From NCBI GenBank assembly GCA_031409335.1, contig JANNWY010000313.1, positions 1 to 41,623 on the forward strand: a stretch of DNA of 41,623 nt, written 5' to 3'. The notes beneath the pieces were generated by a model, which saw only the letters and a list, made by a program, of their open reading frames with translations, was not told the origin of the DNA and searched no databases. The translations under genes were made by a program, and so were the position numbers. Below, one piece after another: positions 27,225 through 36,939 of this stretch. The stretch's first letter is position 1, and each line of letters opens with the position of its first letter. Source of the stretch: Chthoniobacteraceae bacterium. GTDB taxonomy: Bacteria > Verrucomicrobiota > Verrucomicrobiia > Chthoniobacterales > Chthoniobacteraceae.

Positions 27225-28964
27225 ATGACGATCTCCAGCCTGCTCGAATCGAAACTCCGCGCCGCCCTCGACGGTGCCGAGGCCAAAGTCTCCGCCGCGA
27301 CCGACGCGCGATTCGGCGACTACCAGACGAACGTCGCGATGATCCTCGCAAAACAGCAGCGCGCCAATCCGCGGCAGGTCGCACAGCAGATCATCGATAA
27401 ACTCGATCTTGGAGAAATGTGCGAGACGCCCGAAATCGCGGGCGCGGGTTTCATCAATTTCCGGCTGAAAACCGCGTGGCTCGCGCAGCGGTTTTCCGAG
27501 TTCTGCGCGGACGACCGGCTCGGCGTCCCTGCGCCGGAGCGGTCGCGCAAAATCGTCATCGACTTCAGCTCGCCAAACGTCGCGAAACCGATGCACGTCG
27601 GCCACATCCGCTCGACGATCCTCGGCGAATCGCTGGCGCGCATCGCGGAGTTCATCGGCCACGAAACCGTGCGCGACAATCACATCGGCGACTGGGGCAT
27701 GCAGTTCGGAATGTTGCTCGTCGGCTGGAAAAACGAGCTGAACCAGGAAGCGCTCGCCGCCGATCCGCTTAGCGAAATGGAGCGCATCTACAAACTGATT
27801 TCCGCGCGCTGCAAAGCGGACGCGACGGTCCTCGATGCGGCGCGTTCGGAACTCGTGAAGCTGCAAAACGGCGATGCGGAAAATCTCGGTCTGTGGAAGG
27901 AGATGATCCGACTTTCGCAAAATCAATTCGACACGATGTACGCGCGGCTCGGGGTGCGTTTCGATGTCACGCTCGGCGAGAGTTTTTACAATCCGCAGCT
28001 CAAAGCCATCGTGCAGGAACTCGCGGAGCGCGGCATCGCGACGGAAAGCGAAGGGGCGCTCTGCGTTTTTTCCGATGGCAGCGCAAAGCCCGAAGCCGAT
28101 CCGTTCCTCATCAAGGACAAGGACGGCTGGCGCGCAAACCCCGCGCTCGTGCAAAAGAGCGACGGCGCGGCGAACTACACGACGACCGATCTCGCGACGC
28201 TGCGATACCGCCTCGCGACGTGGTCGCCGGATGAAATCGTGTATGTCACCGATGGACGACAGCAGCTCCACTTCCGGCAGTTCTTCGCGATCTACAAACA
28301 GTGGCACCCGGAGATCACCACGGGGTTCGCGCACGTTTGGTTTGGCTCGATCCTTGGCGATGATGGCAAACCTTTCAAAACGCGCAGCGGCGAAACCATC
28401 CGCCTCGCCGACCTGCTCGATGAAGCCGAGGAACGCGCGCTGAAACTCGTCGTCGAAAAGAATCCCGAACTGCCCGACGCCGAGCGCCGTGAGATCGCGC
28501 GCATCGTTGGGATCGGCGCCGTAAAATACGCCGACCTGCTCCCAAACCGGCAGAGCGATTACACATTTTCATGGGACAAAATGTTGAGCTTCCAAGGCAA
28601 CACCGCGCCGTATCTTCAGTATAGCTACGTGCGCATTCGCTCCATTTTCCGCAAACTCGGCAGCGAATTTCAGATCTCAGATTTCAGATTTCAGATTTCA
28701 GAACCCGCCGAACTCGCGCTCGCGAAAAAGCTGCTGCAATTCGGGGAGGTCCTCCCGCAAGTCCTGGAAGACTACCGCCCAAACGTCCTCGCGAACTATC
28801 TGTACGAACTCGCGAGCACTTTCCACGGTTTCTTCGAAGCCTGCCCTGTCTTAAAGTCGGAAGGCGATACCCGAACCTCGCGCCTCGCACTTTGCGACGC
28901 CACCGCGCGCCTGCTCAAACAAGGCCTCGCCTTGCTCGGCATCGAAGTCCCCGAGCGGATGTGA
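27225..28964 (+). CDS. argS: Arginine--tRNA ligase
   Basis: FGDYQTN, GAGFINF, DFSSPNVAKPMHVGHIRST, FKTRSG, GNTAPYLQYSYVR, C-terminal GIEVPERM. Confidence 0.97.
   Translation: MTISSLLESKLRAALDGAEAKVSAATDARFGDYQTNVAMILAKQQRANPRQVAQQIIDKLDLGEMCETPEIAGAGFINFRLKTAWLAQRFSEFCADDRLGVPAPERSRKIVIDFSSPNVAKPMHVGHIRSTILGESLARIAEFIGHETVRDNHIGDWGMQFGMLLVGWKNELNQEALAADPLSEMERIYKLISARCKADATVLDAARSELVKLQNGDAENLGLWKEMIRLSQNQFDTMYARLGVRFDVTLGESFYNPQLKAIVQELAERGIATESEGALCVFSDGSAKPEADPFLIKDKDGWRANPALVQKSDGAANYTTTDLATLRYRLATWSPDEIVYVTDGRQQLHFRQFFAIYKQWHPEITTGFAHVWFGSILGDDGKPFKTRSGETIRLADLLDEAEERALKLVVEKNPELPDAERREIARIVGIGAVKYADLLPNRQSDYTFSWDKMLSFQGNTAPYLQYSYVRIRSIFRKLGSEFQISDFRFQISEPAELALAKKLLQFGEVLPQVLEDYRPNVLANYLYELASTFHGFFEACPVLKSEGDTRTSRLALCDATARLLKQGLALLGIEVPERM
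28667..28701 (+). repeat. Heptamer tandem repeat (ATTTCAG)x5 inside argS
   Basis: ATTTCAG ATCTCAG ATTTCAG ATTTCAG ATTTCAG, encoding FQISDFRFQIS. Confidence 0.9.
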
Positions 28965-29002
28965 GGTGCCTGGCGCGCTCTGAGCGCCAGCCACCACCCG
29001 TC

Positions 29003-31438
29003 TCAGTGGTTGAACATGAATTCCTTCGCGTTCAGCAGCGCCCAAAAAATGTCGCTATAGACTTTCGGCTGTTCCTCGGTCACGCCCCAGTGCGGTTCGA
29101 GTTTGATGAGTTCCGCCTCGGTCGGCTGGCGTCCGAATGTCCGCACATAGAGTTCCTGCACGATTTCGCGCGGCGTCTTGTTGGCGTTCATCAGCTTCTT
29201 CACCACGCCGCCCTGCGCGATTTTGCCTTCGACGTTGTCGCCGTTGATCAAATGCAGCGCCTGCGAAAGCGTTGGCCCGACTTCCTCGCGACTGCAAATG
29301 CCCTCGCGATCTTTGCGGCCAAACGTCGTCAGGAAATAGTTCGATGTTTTCCCGTCGGCCACTTCCACCGCGCGCGCGCCGATCGGCAGACCGCGGAATT
29401 TGTCGTTCGTTTCGGCGACTTGATTGATGCAATCGAGCATCACCTCGGCGCGCATCCGGCGGATGGTGGCGTGGGCGAAATTACGCTCGTCGAGCGCGTT
29501 CGTTTCGTTCGGGCGCGTGGTGATTTGGTAAGTGCGCGAGTTGCACACGTCGCGGACGATTTTCTTCAAGTCGTAGTTGTACTCGACGATCTTTTTGGAA
29601 AGCGCTTCGAGCAGTTCCGGATTCGACGCCGGATTGGAAATGCGCACGTCATCGACTGGCTCCACGATTCCGCGACCCATGTATTGCGCCCAGATCAAGT
29701 TCGCGATGTGACGCGGGAAATACGGATTCTCCGGCGATGCGATCCAGTCCGCGAGGATTTGCCGGCGATCCTTGCCCTTGGTGTCGGGCGCGTCGCCGCC
29801 GAGGAATTTCGGCGGGATCACGCGACCCCCGACGGGATGCGTCGATTCACCGCCGCCGCTGTTGAAGATGATCCTCTCGCGCGGATCTTCGCCATCCTTG
29901 CGGGCGATTTGGGTAAAGAACGCGGTGAAGCCGCGGTAGTCATCCATCGTCCAGCGGTCGAATGGGTGATTGTGGCATTGCGCGCATTGGATGCGGATGC
30001 CGAAGAATGCCTGCGCGGTGTCTTCGGAAAGTTTCAGCGGGTCCGTTTCGAGGTTGTAATAGTTTGCCGCCGGGTTTTCGAGATTGCTGCCGTTCGCCGA
30101 AAGCAGCGTCCGGGCGATCTGATTGATCGGCACATTTTTCGCCAACTGATCGTGCAGCCAGTTGTAATACGTGAGCGTCGTTTTGTAGCCGCCGTTCTGA
30201 TTCTGCCCCGTGCGCACTTGCAGCAACTCGGACCACTTCAGCGCCCAAATGTCCACGAACTCCGGCTTGGCGAGCAGTTGGTCGATCAGCTTCGCCCGCT
30301 TCTGCGGATCGGCGTCGGCGACGAATTTCGCCACCTCATCGCTCTTCGGCAGCATCCCGACGATGTCGATGGATGCGCGGCGGAGGAAGGTCTCATCGTT
30401 GCACACCTCACTCGGAATCATCCGCAGGTTGCGGATTTTCTGATCGACGAGTTCGTCCACAAAATTTCGCTGTTCGATCTTCGGCCACTCGTACTTCAGC
30501 GCCTTCGGAATGATGATGACTTGCGAGCCGACGGTGTGCGTCGCGAAGCGCGCCATCACAAACGCCTCGCCGCGCTGGCCGGTGCTGATCGTGCCGGCCT
30601 GGTCGATCTTCGCGGAGCCTTCGTTGCTCGTCAGGAAGACCGCGAGGCTGCTCACGTCGCGGTCGCTGCCATCCGAGTAGTGCGCGCGCACGGTGATCTT
30701 GAATTTCTGATCCGGCCCTTCGAGCAGCAGCGATTTCGGCAGCATTTCGATGCTCGTGCAGGTCGCCACTTTCGCCGGGTCGTCATTTGGCGCACCCGCT
30801 TCGAGCCAGCGGATCAGCGTTTGCGCGATCGCGCTGTCCTTGGTGAAAAGTTTGCCGCCCGTGTGCGGTGCGGCACCGATGTTTTTCGTCACGATCATCG
30901 ACTCCTCCGGCAGCGCGAGATTCACCCGGCGCCCGACCATTTCGCGGGTCAGCCGGTGGTGATCGCCGTCGGGATCGTAGCCGAAGAGCGAGAGATTAAA
31001 TCCATCCTTCCCGCGCGCCGAACCGTGGCAGCCGCCCGTGTTGCATCCGGCTTTCAAGAAGACCGGCATCACATCGAGGCGGAAGGAAACCGGCGTATCG
31101 GTCGCCGCCTGCTCCACCTTCACAGGCACCTCCGCCGACTTCCCGTTCCACTCGATTTTCACCTTTGTCTCCCCATCTGCGAGTGGGAAAATCACGCCCT
31201 TTTCCACTTTCGCCTTCACCGGATCGGCGATCGTGAATTTCGCCTCCGCCGTCACATCCCGATGCACCCCATTCGCGTCGGTCACGCGGACCACCATCGA
31301 CTGGCTGTCCCGGAGAAATTTCAGATTTACGTCTGCCGGGAAAACCTCAAAAGAATTTCCGGATTCAAGCGCCGCCGACGCGGAAGAGCCAAGGCAAACG
31401 AGAAGCAGGGCTGGAAGGATGTGGCGCATAATAGTCAT
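29003..31438 (-). CDS. DUF1549/DUF1553 (PVC-specific) protein with Ig-like domains
   Basis: Signal peptide, GCNTGGCHG, FLRRASIDIVG, IQCAQCHNHPFDRWT, GRGIVEPVDD, C-terminal WALLNAKEFMFNH. The start may be 31429. Confidence 0.9.
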   Translation of the reverse strand: MTIMRHILPALLLVCLGSSASAALESGNSFEVFPADVNLKFLRDSQSMVVRVTDANGVHRDVTAEAKFTIADPVKAKVEKGVIFPLADGETKVKIEWNGKSAEVPVKVEQAATDTPVSFRLDVMPVFLKAGCNTGGCHGSARGKDGFNLSLFGYDPDGDHHRLTREMVGRRVNLALPEESMIVTKNIGAAPHTGGKLFTKDSAIAQTLIRWLEAGAPNDDPAKVATCTSIEMLPKSLLLEGPDQKFKITVRAHYSDGSDRDVSSLAVFLTSNEGSAKIDQAGTISTGQRGEAFVMARFATHTVGSQVIIIPKALKYEWPKIEQRNFVDELVDQKIRNLRMIPSEVCNDETFLRRASIDIVGMLPKSDEVAKFVADADPQKRAKLIDQLLAKPEFVDIWALKWSELLQVRTGQNQNGGYKTTLTYYNWLHDQLAKNVPINQIARTLLSANGSNLENPAANYYNLETDPLKLSEDTAQAFFGIRIQCAQCHNHPFDRWTMDDYRGFTAFFTQIARKDGEDPRERIIFNSGGGESTHPVGGRVIPPKFLGGDAPDTKGKDRRQILADWIASPENPYFPRHIANLIWAQYMGRGIVEPVDDVRISNPASNPELLEALSKKIVEYNYDLKKIVRDVCNSRTYQITTRPNETNALDERNFAHATIRRMRAEVMLDCINQVAETNDKFRGLPIGARAVEVADGKTSNYFLTTFGRKDREGICSREEVGPTLSQALHLINGDNVEGKIAQGGVVKKLMNANKTPREIVQELYVRTFGRQPTEAELIKLEPHWGVTEEQPKVYSDIFWALLNAKEFMFNH

Positions 31439-31572
31439 TACGGAAAATTTCTCACCCGGACAACCCCGGCAATCTCGTTTCGTTAGCGTGACTGCGGCCG
31501 CCGCCGCTCTACTGGTCCATTGTCGCTGCTGGCTTGCTCCGAGTAACCCGGTGATGTGTCGCGCCGTTCGGA

Positions 31573-32922
31573 CTACTTCGCTGGCGAGATTTCGTAGGTG
31601 TGCGGGGTTGGTTGGTTTCCGGCGTAGATTTGATCCTCAAATCCCTTCGCCTTCGCGAGCAGCCCGGTCACTTTTTCCTTCATCGCTTTTTCCCACGCAT
31701 CAAATTCGGCCTTCTTCGCTTCGAGTTCGGGATCGTTTGCCTGCGTGCGCTTTTCGATGTCGCGGCGGCGGCCTTTTAGTTGCGCCCATTGATCACGGAT
31801 TGGCGCGTACGCTTTCTCGTTCCGCTCCTTGTTCAAAAGCGCGACTTTCAGCGCCTGCTGATACTGCGGCGTTTTGTCGTTTGCCTGAAGTTCTACCCCG
31901 ACCGCGAGCTGCCCGTCGGTCCACTGGCCGATCGGCTGGCCGTCGATTTTCACTTCGTGTTTGCCCGGTTTCAGGCTGCGCACGGTGAGCTTTTCGACGC
32001 TGTGCCGATGCCCGGCCTTGCTCACGGCGTAGCCTTCCGCCGCATCCGGCGGGAGCACCCACGGGAGCGCGGATGCGGTGTGCGTGAAGCGGATCGTTTC
32101 GCCGCTCTGCAAGTCGATCACCGGAGTCTTCCCGGCGTTGCCGACGAGCTTCCCGTTTTTTTCCTGAATCGTGATCACGCTCACCGAGGTTCGCGCGACC
32201 ATGTCTTCGATCACCGCGGCGGCCATCACGACTTGGCCAGTCGGTCCGGGATGCACGGCGTCGCCGATCATCGTCCAGTTCGCGTTCTTTTTTCGCTGCG
32301 CGAAAGTGATGTTGTTCAGCGGCCCATACATGTCCACAAAGCCAAGCCCGCGCACCTGCGCCTGCTCGCGCAGCCAGCCGCCGAAGAGCGCGAGCACGCC
32401 GTTGTAATAGGTATCGCGCGGCTCCTGCGCGCGTTTCGCAAAGCGCGCGGCGCGGGCGTCGTGCATCGTCGGTGTCATCGGCACCGCGATGGCACCGATC
32501 GCGGCGATTTTATCGAGCACCGTCGTCATGTCGCGCTGGTAGGCATCGAAGATCGTTTTGTCGAAATCGCGATACGCGCCGTCGTTCATGCCGAGCAGCA
32601 CGGTCACGTATTTCGGTTTGAAAGCGGCCACGTCTTCGTCGAACCGCGCGAGCGCATCCTTCGCGCGGTCGCCGCCTACGCCGGCATTGTGAAAGTGCAG
32701 CCGCAGCTTCGGGTAGCGTGTGTAAAAATAGTTCTCCACGTACTGCGTGTAGAGGCATTGGTGGGTGATCGAGTCGCCGAGAAAGGCGATGTGGTCGCCG
32801 TCCCGCACGTCGAGTTTTTCGACGATTGGCTTGAAGACGGGCTCGGCATTTTCCTGGGCGAAAAGTGGCGCGCTGAGGATCGCGGCGGAGAGAATGGGAA
32901 GGAAGAGACGGGTGGGAAACAT
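31573..32922 (-). CDS. SGNH/GDSL hydrolase family protein
   Basis: FLGDSIT, NAGVGG, LGMND, DAVHP. Signal peptide from ATG 32922. Confidence 0.9.
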   Translation of the reverse strand: MFPTRLFLPILSAAILSAPLFAQENAEPVFKPIVEKLDVRDGDHIAFLGDSITHQCLYTQYVENYFYTRYPKLRLHFHNAGVGGDRAKDALARFDEDVAAFKPKYVTVLLGMNDGAYRDFDKTIFDAYQRDMTTVLDKIAAIGAIAVPMTPTMHDARAARFAKRAQEPRDTYYNGVLALFGGWLREQAQVRGLGFVDMYGPLNNITFAQRKKNANWTMIGDAVHPGPTGQVVMAAAVIEDMVARTSVSVITIQEKNGKLVGNAGKTPVIDLQSGETIRFTHTASALPWVLPPDAAEGYAVSKAGHRHSVEKLTVRSLKPGKHEVKIDGQPIGQWTDGQLAVGVELQANDKTPQYQQALKVALLNKERNEKAYAPIRDQWAQLKGRRRDIEKRTQANDPELEAKKAEFDAWEKAMKEKVTGLLAKAKGFEDQIYAGNQPTPHTYEISPAK

Positions 32923-33017
32923 GACCGCAGGGTGAAAACTCGACGGCCCGGATGCAATCAAATCATGCGCGGCCCGGGCCTTGACACTCGCGCAGGTTTC
33001 CCGTTCCGCTTTCCGCA

Positions 33018-33407
33018 ATGTCCACCGCCCATCCATCGCTCGTCCGCATCGCGCGGCTCGTGCTTGCGCTGGCGATGTGCGCTTCGCTCGGCCTGCATTG
33101 GGCGGCGTTGCAGGCCGTGGCTTGGACGCAGATGATCGTGACGTATTCGCAATACGAAGACTTGGGCGTTGCAGTGAAGAAGACCTTCGACGGCGCGCAT
33201 CCGTGCGACCTTTGCCTGCTCGTGAGGGATGGGCAAAACGATAAGAAAAATTCGCAGGCGACGCAGCTGACGAAAAAGTTGGACGCCGTGGTGGCGCGCG
33301 CGGAAGTCGCGTCCACGCAGGATTCGCAGGCCATCGAGTTCCCGGATTTTGAAACGTGCGCGGTCGGCTGGCAGTCGATCCCGCCGGGTCCACCGCCGCG
33401 AGTCTAG
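33018..33407 (+). CDS. DUF2946-like small protein (hydrophobic N-terminus, CxxC, C-terminal PPPR)
   Basis: LGLHWAALQAVAW..TFDGAHPCDLC..SIPPGPPPRV*. The exact start is uncertain. Confidence 0.7.
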   Translation: MSTAHPSLVRIARLVLALAMCASLGLHWAALQAVAWTQMIVTYSQYEDLGVAVKKTFDGAHPCDLCLLVRDGQNDKKNSQATQLTKKLDAVVARAEVASTQDSQAIEFPDFETCAVGWQSIPPGPPPRV

Positions 33408-33571
33408 CGGACGCCGCTGCGCTTGGCGCGCAATCGCGCGGCTCGCAAGTTCATCCAATGATCGCGTGCGCCGATTCGCGCACTGGTCGCACGGTTTTCA
33501 CCGGCGGCCGCTTCACAAATTCCACTTCATTTTCACCATTCCGCGCCCGCCGGATTGCGGGCATTTCCTTC

Positions 33572-34552
33572 ATGAAAAAACTCATCCTCTCCACACTCAT
33601 CACCGCTGCGATTTCGACTCACGCCTTGGCCGATCACGGCCCCGGCACTTCCGGCAGCGGCACTTTCACCGAATCCGCCGAGACGCTCAAGCCCTGGCAA
33701 TGGTCCGCGACGGTGCGCTTCGACTGGACGGAATTCAGATCCGTCAGCGACAGCGAGCTGGCCGACAAGGAGGCGTTCGAGCTAATCGACCGCGCCTTCC
33801 TCACCACGCTCAATCTTGGCGTCGGGATCACCGAAAACTTTCAGCTTGGCCTGACGTTCGGATATTACGCTGCGGACGGCGCGCGCGAGGTCGAGCATGC
33901 GGAGGAAGCTGGCGAGCACGAGGAAGAAGAGGCCGCACACGATGCCGGCGGACCCGAGTTTTCCACCTACGATCCCGATGGCTGGACCGATCTCTGGCTG
34001 AACGCAAAATATCGCCTCTATCGCGGACCGGCGGGCCAGTTCGCAGTTTACGGCGGATTGAAATTTCCCGTTGGCGACGACCGCGTGATCAACAGCGCGG
34101 GCGAGCGCGTCGAGCCCGCGGCGACGCCAGGCACGGGCGCGTGGGATGGGATGTTCGGTGCTGCCTACACCGTGCCGCTCGCGCCAAATCTCGCGCTCGA
34201 TGCCAGCACGCAATACACCCTGCGCGGCGAGCGTTACGACTACCGACTCGGCAATCGCTTCGATGCGGGCGTCGCGCTCGGCTGGCGCTTCATCGGCGAC
34301 GCGAAGAGTTTTCCGCAAGTCAGCCTCCACGCCGAGGCGAATGTGCGCGCGGTGGCGAAAAGCAAAGCCTCCGGCGAGCGCGACCCGAACACCGGCGGCA
34401 CCGTGCTTTTTCTATCGCCGGGTCTGCGCGTGCGATTCTGTGAAAATGCGGCGTGGTCCTGCGGCGTGCAGCTTCCGGTCGTGCAGGACTTGAATGGCGA
34501 CCAGGTCGAGACAGATTTCCGCGTGACCAGCAGCTTCAACATCACCTTCTAG
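33572..34552 (+). CDS. Outer-membrane beta-barrel 'transporter' (MetA-pathway/SphA-like) with His/Glu-rich loop
   Basis: Signal peptide ending ALA|DHGPG, amphipathic beta strands, GLKFPVG, PGTGAWD, loop EHAEEAGEHEEEEAAH, C-terminal Phe. Confidence 0.75.
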   Translation: MKKLILSTLITAAISTHALADHGPGTSGSGTFTESAETLKPWQWSATVRFDWTEFRSVSDSELADKEAFELIDRAFLTTLNLGVGITENFQLGLTFGYYAADGAREVEHAEEAGEHEEEEAAHDAGGPEFSTYDPDGWTDLWLNAKYRLYRGPAGQFAVYGGLKFPVGDDRVINSAGERVEPAATPGTGAWDGMFGAAYTVPLAPNLALDASTQYTLRGERYDYRLGNRFDAGVALGWRFIGDAKSFPQVSLHAEANVRAVAKSKASGERDPNTGGTVLFLSPGLRVRFCENAAWSCGVQLPVVQDLNGDQVETDFRVTSSFNITF

Positions 34553-34554
34553 CC

Positions 34555-34824
34555 ATGCGCCCGCTCGTGCTCCTCGCCGCCCTCGCGTCTGGCTGCGCGT
34601 CCCTCCCGCCGGTCCCTCCGGCGGGAGCCGCCGAGCAGCAGTGCCTCGTCTGCCGCGACCGCCGCGATTTCGACTGCCTCATCGTGGACGCCTCGCCGCG
34701 CACGCCGCAGGCCCAGTACGCCGGACGCACCCATTACTTTTGCGGCGAGGGTTGCCGCGCGGAGTTTCAGCGAAACCCGCGCCGCTACTGGCCCGCAAAA
34801 AATCCGTCGCGCACTTTTCCGTAA
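34555..34824 (+). CDS. YHS/TRASH-domain lipoprotein
   Basis: Lipobox LASG|C, CLVC, YAGRTHYFCGEGCRAEFQRNPRRY. Confidence 0.8.
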   Translation: MRPLVLLAALASGCASLPPVPPAGAAEQQCLVCRDRRDFDCLIVDASPRTPQAQYAGRTHYFCGEGCRAEFQRNPRRYWPAKNPSRTFP

Positions 34825-34872
34825 CCGCGCGGGGCAAGCCCTCGTCTGTGGAAGCGAACCTCACAGAACCCT

Positions 34873-35427
34873 ATGCCCTACACCGGAATCGTCCTCGCCA
34901 TCGTTGCCCTTCACCTCGCCGCATTTCTCATCCTGCTCGGCCACTGGGCTGCGACCGCGGGCATGTGGCCCAAAGCCACGCGCGCCTTCGCCGATGTCTA
35001 TGAGCAGCGGCTCGTGCGCGCATTGCTCGTCGGCGTCTTCACCTATGGCCCGCTCATCGCGCTGTTGCTCGCGAGTGGGAACATCGCGAATCCGCTCTTC
35101 AAAATCATTGGCCTCGTCAGCGGGTTTGGCGCGATCCTTTTCGGGTTCATCGGAACGTCGGGACTCGCGCTGCGGATCGGGCGCAATCTAAGTCCGGGCG
35201 CGGATCTCTGGCAGCAGGTGCTGCGTGGCGGCGTGATGCTCGCGCTGGTGTTCATCACGCCATTTATCGGCTGGCTCTTTCTTCTTCATGTCGGCCTGGC
35301 GAGCGGCTTCGGCGCGTTCCTCCTCGCGCGTCCGTGGAAATCGAAAGTCGCCGTCCCGGTCGCCCCGCCGCTGCCGGTGGATGTGGAATCAACCGTTGTC
35401 GTGATCACTGCTGCTTCGGCTTCATGA
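34873..35427 (+). CDS. Hypothetical integral membrane protein
   Basis: About 5 hydrophobic helices. Its stop overlaps the DUF1800 start (ATGA). Confidence 0.75.
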   Translation: MPYTGIVLAIVALHLAAFLILLGHWAATAGMWPKATRAFADVYEQRLVRALLVGVFTYGPLIALLLASGNIANPLFKIIGLVSGFGAILFGFIGTSGLALRIGRNLSPGADLWQQVLRGGVMLALVFITPFIGWLFLLHVGLASGFGAFLLARPWKSKVAVPVAPPLPVDVESTVVVITAASAS

Positions 35428-36935
35428 AAAAGACTTCGCGCCGCGAATTCATCGCCGCAGGGACTGGCGCGATCGCGATGAGCGCGCTCATTTTCAAAAG
35501 CGCGCAGGGCTGGCTCGAAAAGGGCGGGCAATACCTGGGCCGCGGCCTCCAGCGTCCGCTTGATGGCCCGCTCACACCTTCTGCTGCGACGGACATCGAC
35601 CCGGTGGCGCACGCGCTGAACCGCTTCACGTTCGGCCCCGGTCCAGGTGATTACGCGCGGGTTGCCGCGATGGGCGTGGATGCCTTTCTCGAAGAGCAAC
35701 TCGCGCCCGAGAAGATCGAGGACGGTGCTTGCGAGCGCGCGGTTTCGCGCTTCTCGGAATGCTGGTCGGAGCCGGTCGGCGAGGCTTACGACGAGGACGA
35801 TGAGGCGCTCTCTCCTGTGCTGCGTCGCGTGGCGCTGCTGCGCGCGATTTACAGCAACCGGCAGCTCTTTGAAGTGATGTGCGAATTCTGGAGCGATCAT
35901 CTCAACATCGATCCGGGCAAGGGCGACTGCCGCTATGTGAAGATCAGCGACGATCAATTGGTGATTCGCAAAAACGCGCTCGGAAATTTTGGCGAGATGA
36001 TCCGCGCCAGCGCGAAAAGTCCCGCGATGCTCTGGTATCTCGACGGGCGCGCGAATGCGAAAGCGACGCCGGAGGAAAAGCCGAACGAAAACTACGCGCG
36101 CGAGCTGATGGAGCTGCACACGCTCGGCGTCCACGGCGGCTACACGCAGCAGGACGTGATGGAAGTCGCGCGCTGCCTCACCGGCTGGACGATCCTAGCG
36201 AAAAAAGACGACGGCTTTTCCGGCAAACTGCTCTCGCCGCTGAAGCACCGCGCGAAGGTCGTCTTCCGCAAGGAAGCGCACGACGACGGCGCAAAAACGG
36301 TGCTCGGCCAGGAAATCCCCGCCGGGCTCGGCGAGGGCGATCTCGATCGCGTGGTGGACATCGTGACGAACCATCCCGGCACCGCGCAATACGTCGCCGC
36401 GAAACTGTGCGTGCGATTCATCTCCGACGAGCCGCCGCAGTCCGCGGTGGATGCCGTCGCGCACGCTTTCACGGCGGGCAAGGGCGACATCAAGACGATG
36501 CTGCGCGCGCTGTTCGCGACGCCGGAATTTCACGCGTCGGCAGGCGCGAAATTTAAGCGACCATTTCATTTCGTCGTGTCCGCACTGCGCGCGACGAACG
36601 CAGCGACGGACGCGGATCGCGGCGTAGAAAAATATCTGGAACGCATGGGCCAGGTGCCCTTCCGCTACCCGACGCCCGATGGCTATCCCGCGAAGGCGTC
36701 GCACTGGCTGGCGACGCTGCCATGGCGCTGGAAATTCGCGCTCAATCTCGCCAACAACCGCATCGAAGGCACGCGGATCGACCGCAAATCTTTGGAGAAA
36801 AAACTCGGTGGCGATGCCGCGCTGATGGCTTCCCTGCTCAATCGCCAGCCCGTCGCGGACGAGAGCGATGCCTATCTGAAATCCGGCGACGGCCTCGCGC
36901 TGATGCTCGCGTCGCCGGCCTTTCAACGCTGCTGA
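35424..36935 (+). CDS. DUF1800 family protein (Tat signal)
   Basis: SRREFI twin-arginine motif, LNRFTFGP, EFWSDHLNI, SPAMLWYLD, PNENYARELMELHTLG, SPAFQR. Confidence 0.9.
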   Translation: MKKTSRREFIAAGTGAIAMSALIFKSAQGWLEKGGQYLGRGLQRPLDGPLTPSAATDIDPVAHALNRFTFGPGPGDYARVAAMGVDAFLEEQLAPEKIEDGACERAVSRFSECWSEPVGEAYDEDDEALSPVLRRVALLRAIYSNRQLFEVMCEFWSDHLNIDPGKGDCRYVKISDDQLVIRKNALGNFGEMIRASAKSPAMLWYLDGRANAKATPEEKPNENYARELMELHTLGVHGGYTQQDVMEVARCLTGWTILAKKDDGFSGKLLSPLKHRAKVVFRKEAHDDGAKTVLGQEIPAGLGEGDLDRVVDIVTNHPGTAQYVAAKLCVRFISDEPPQSAVDAVAHAFTAGKGDIKTMLRALFATPEFHASAGAKFKRPFHFVVSALRATNAATDADRGVEKYLERMGQVPFRYPTPDGYPAKASHWLATLPWRWKFALNLANNRIEGTRIDRKSLEKKLGGDAALMASLLNRQPVADESDAYLKSGDGLALMLASPAFQRC

Positions 36936-36939
36936 ATAT

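Noticed and set aside
31439..31572. Possible riboswitch/ncRNA upstream of the DUF1549/1553 gene
   Set aside because: No recognisable conserved motif or convincing structure by eye; an Rfam/Infernal scan would be needed.
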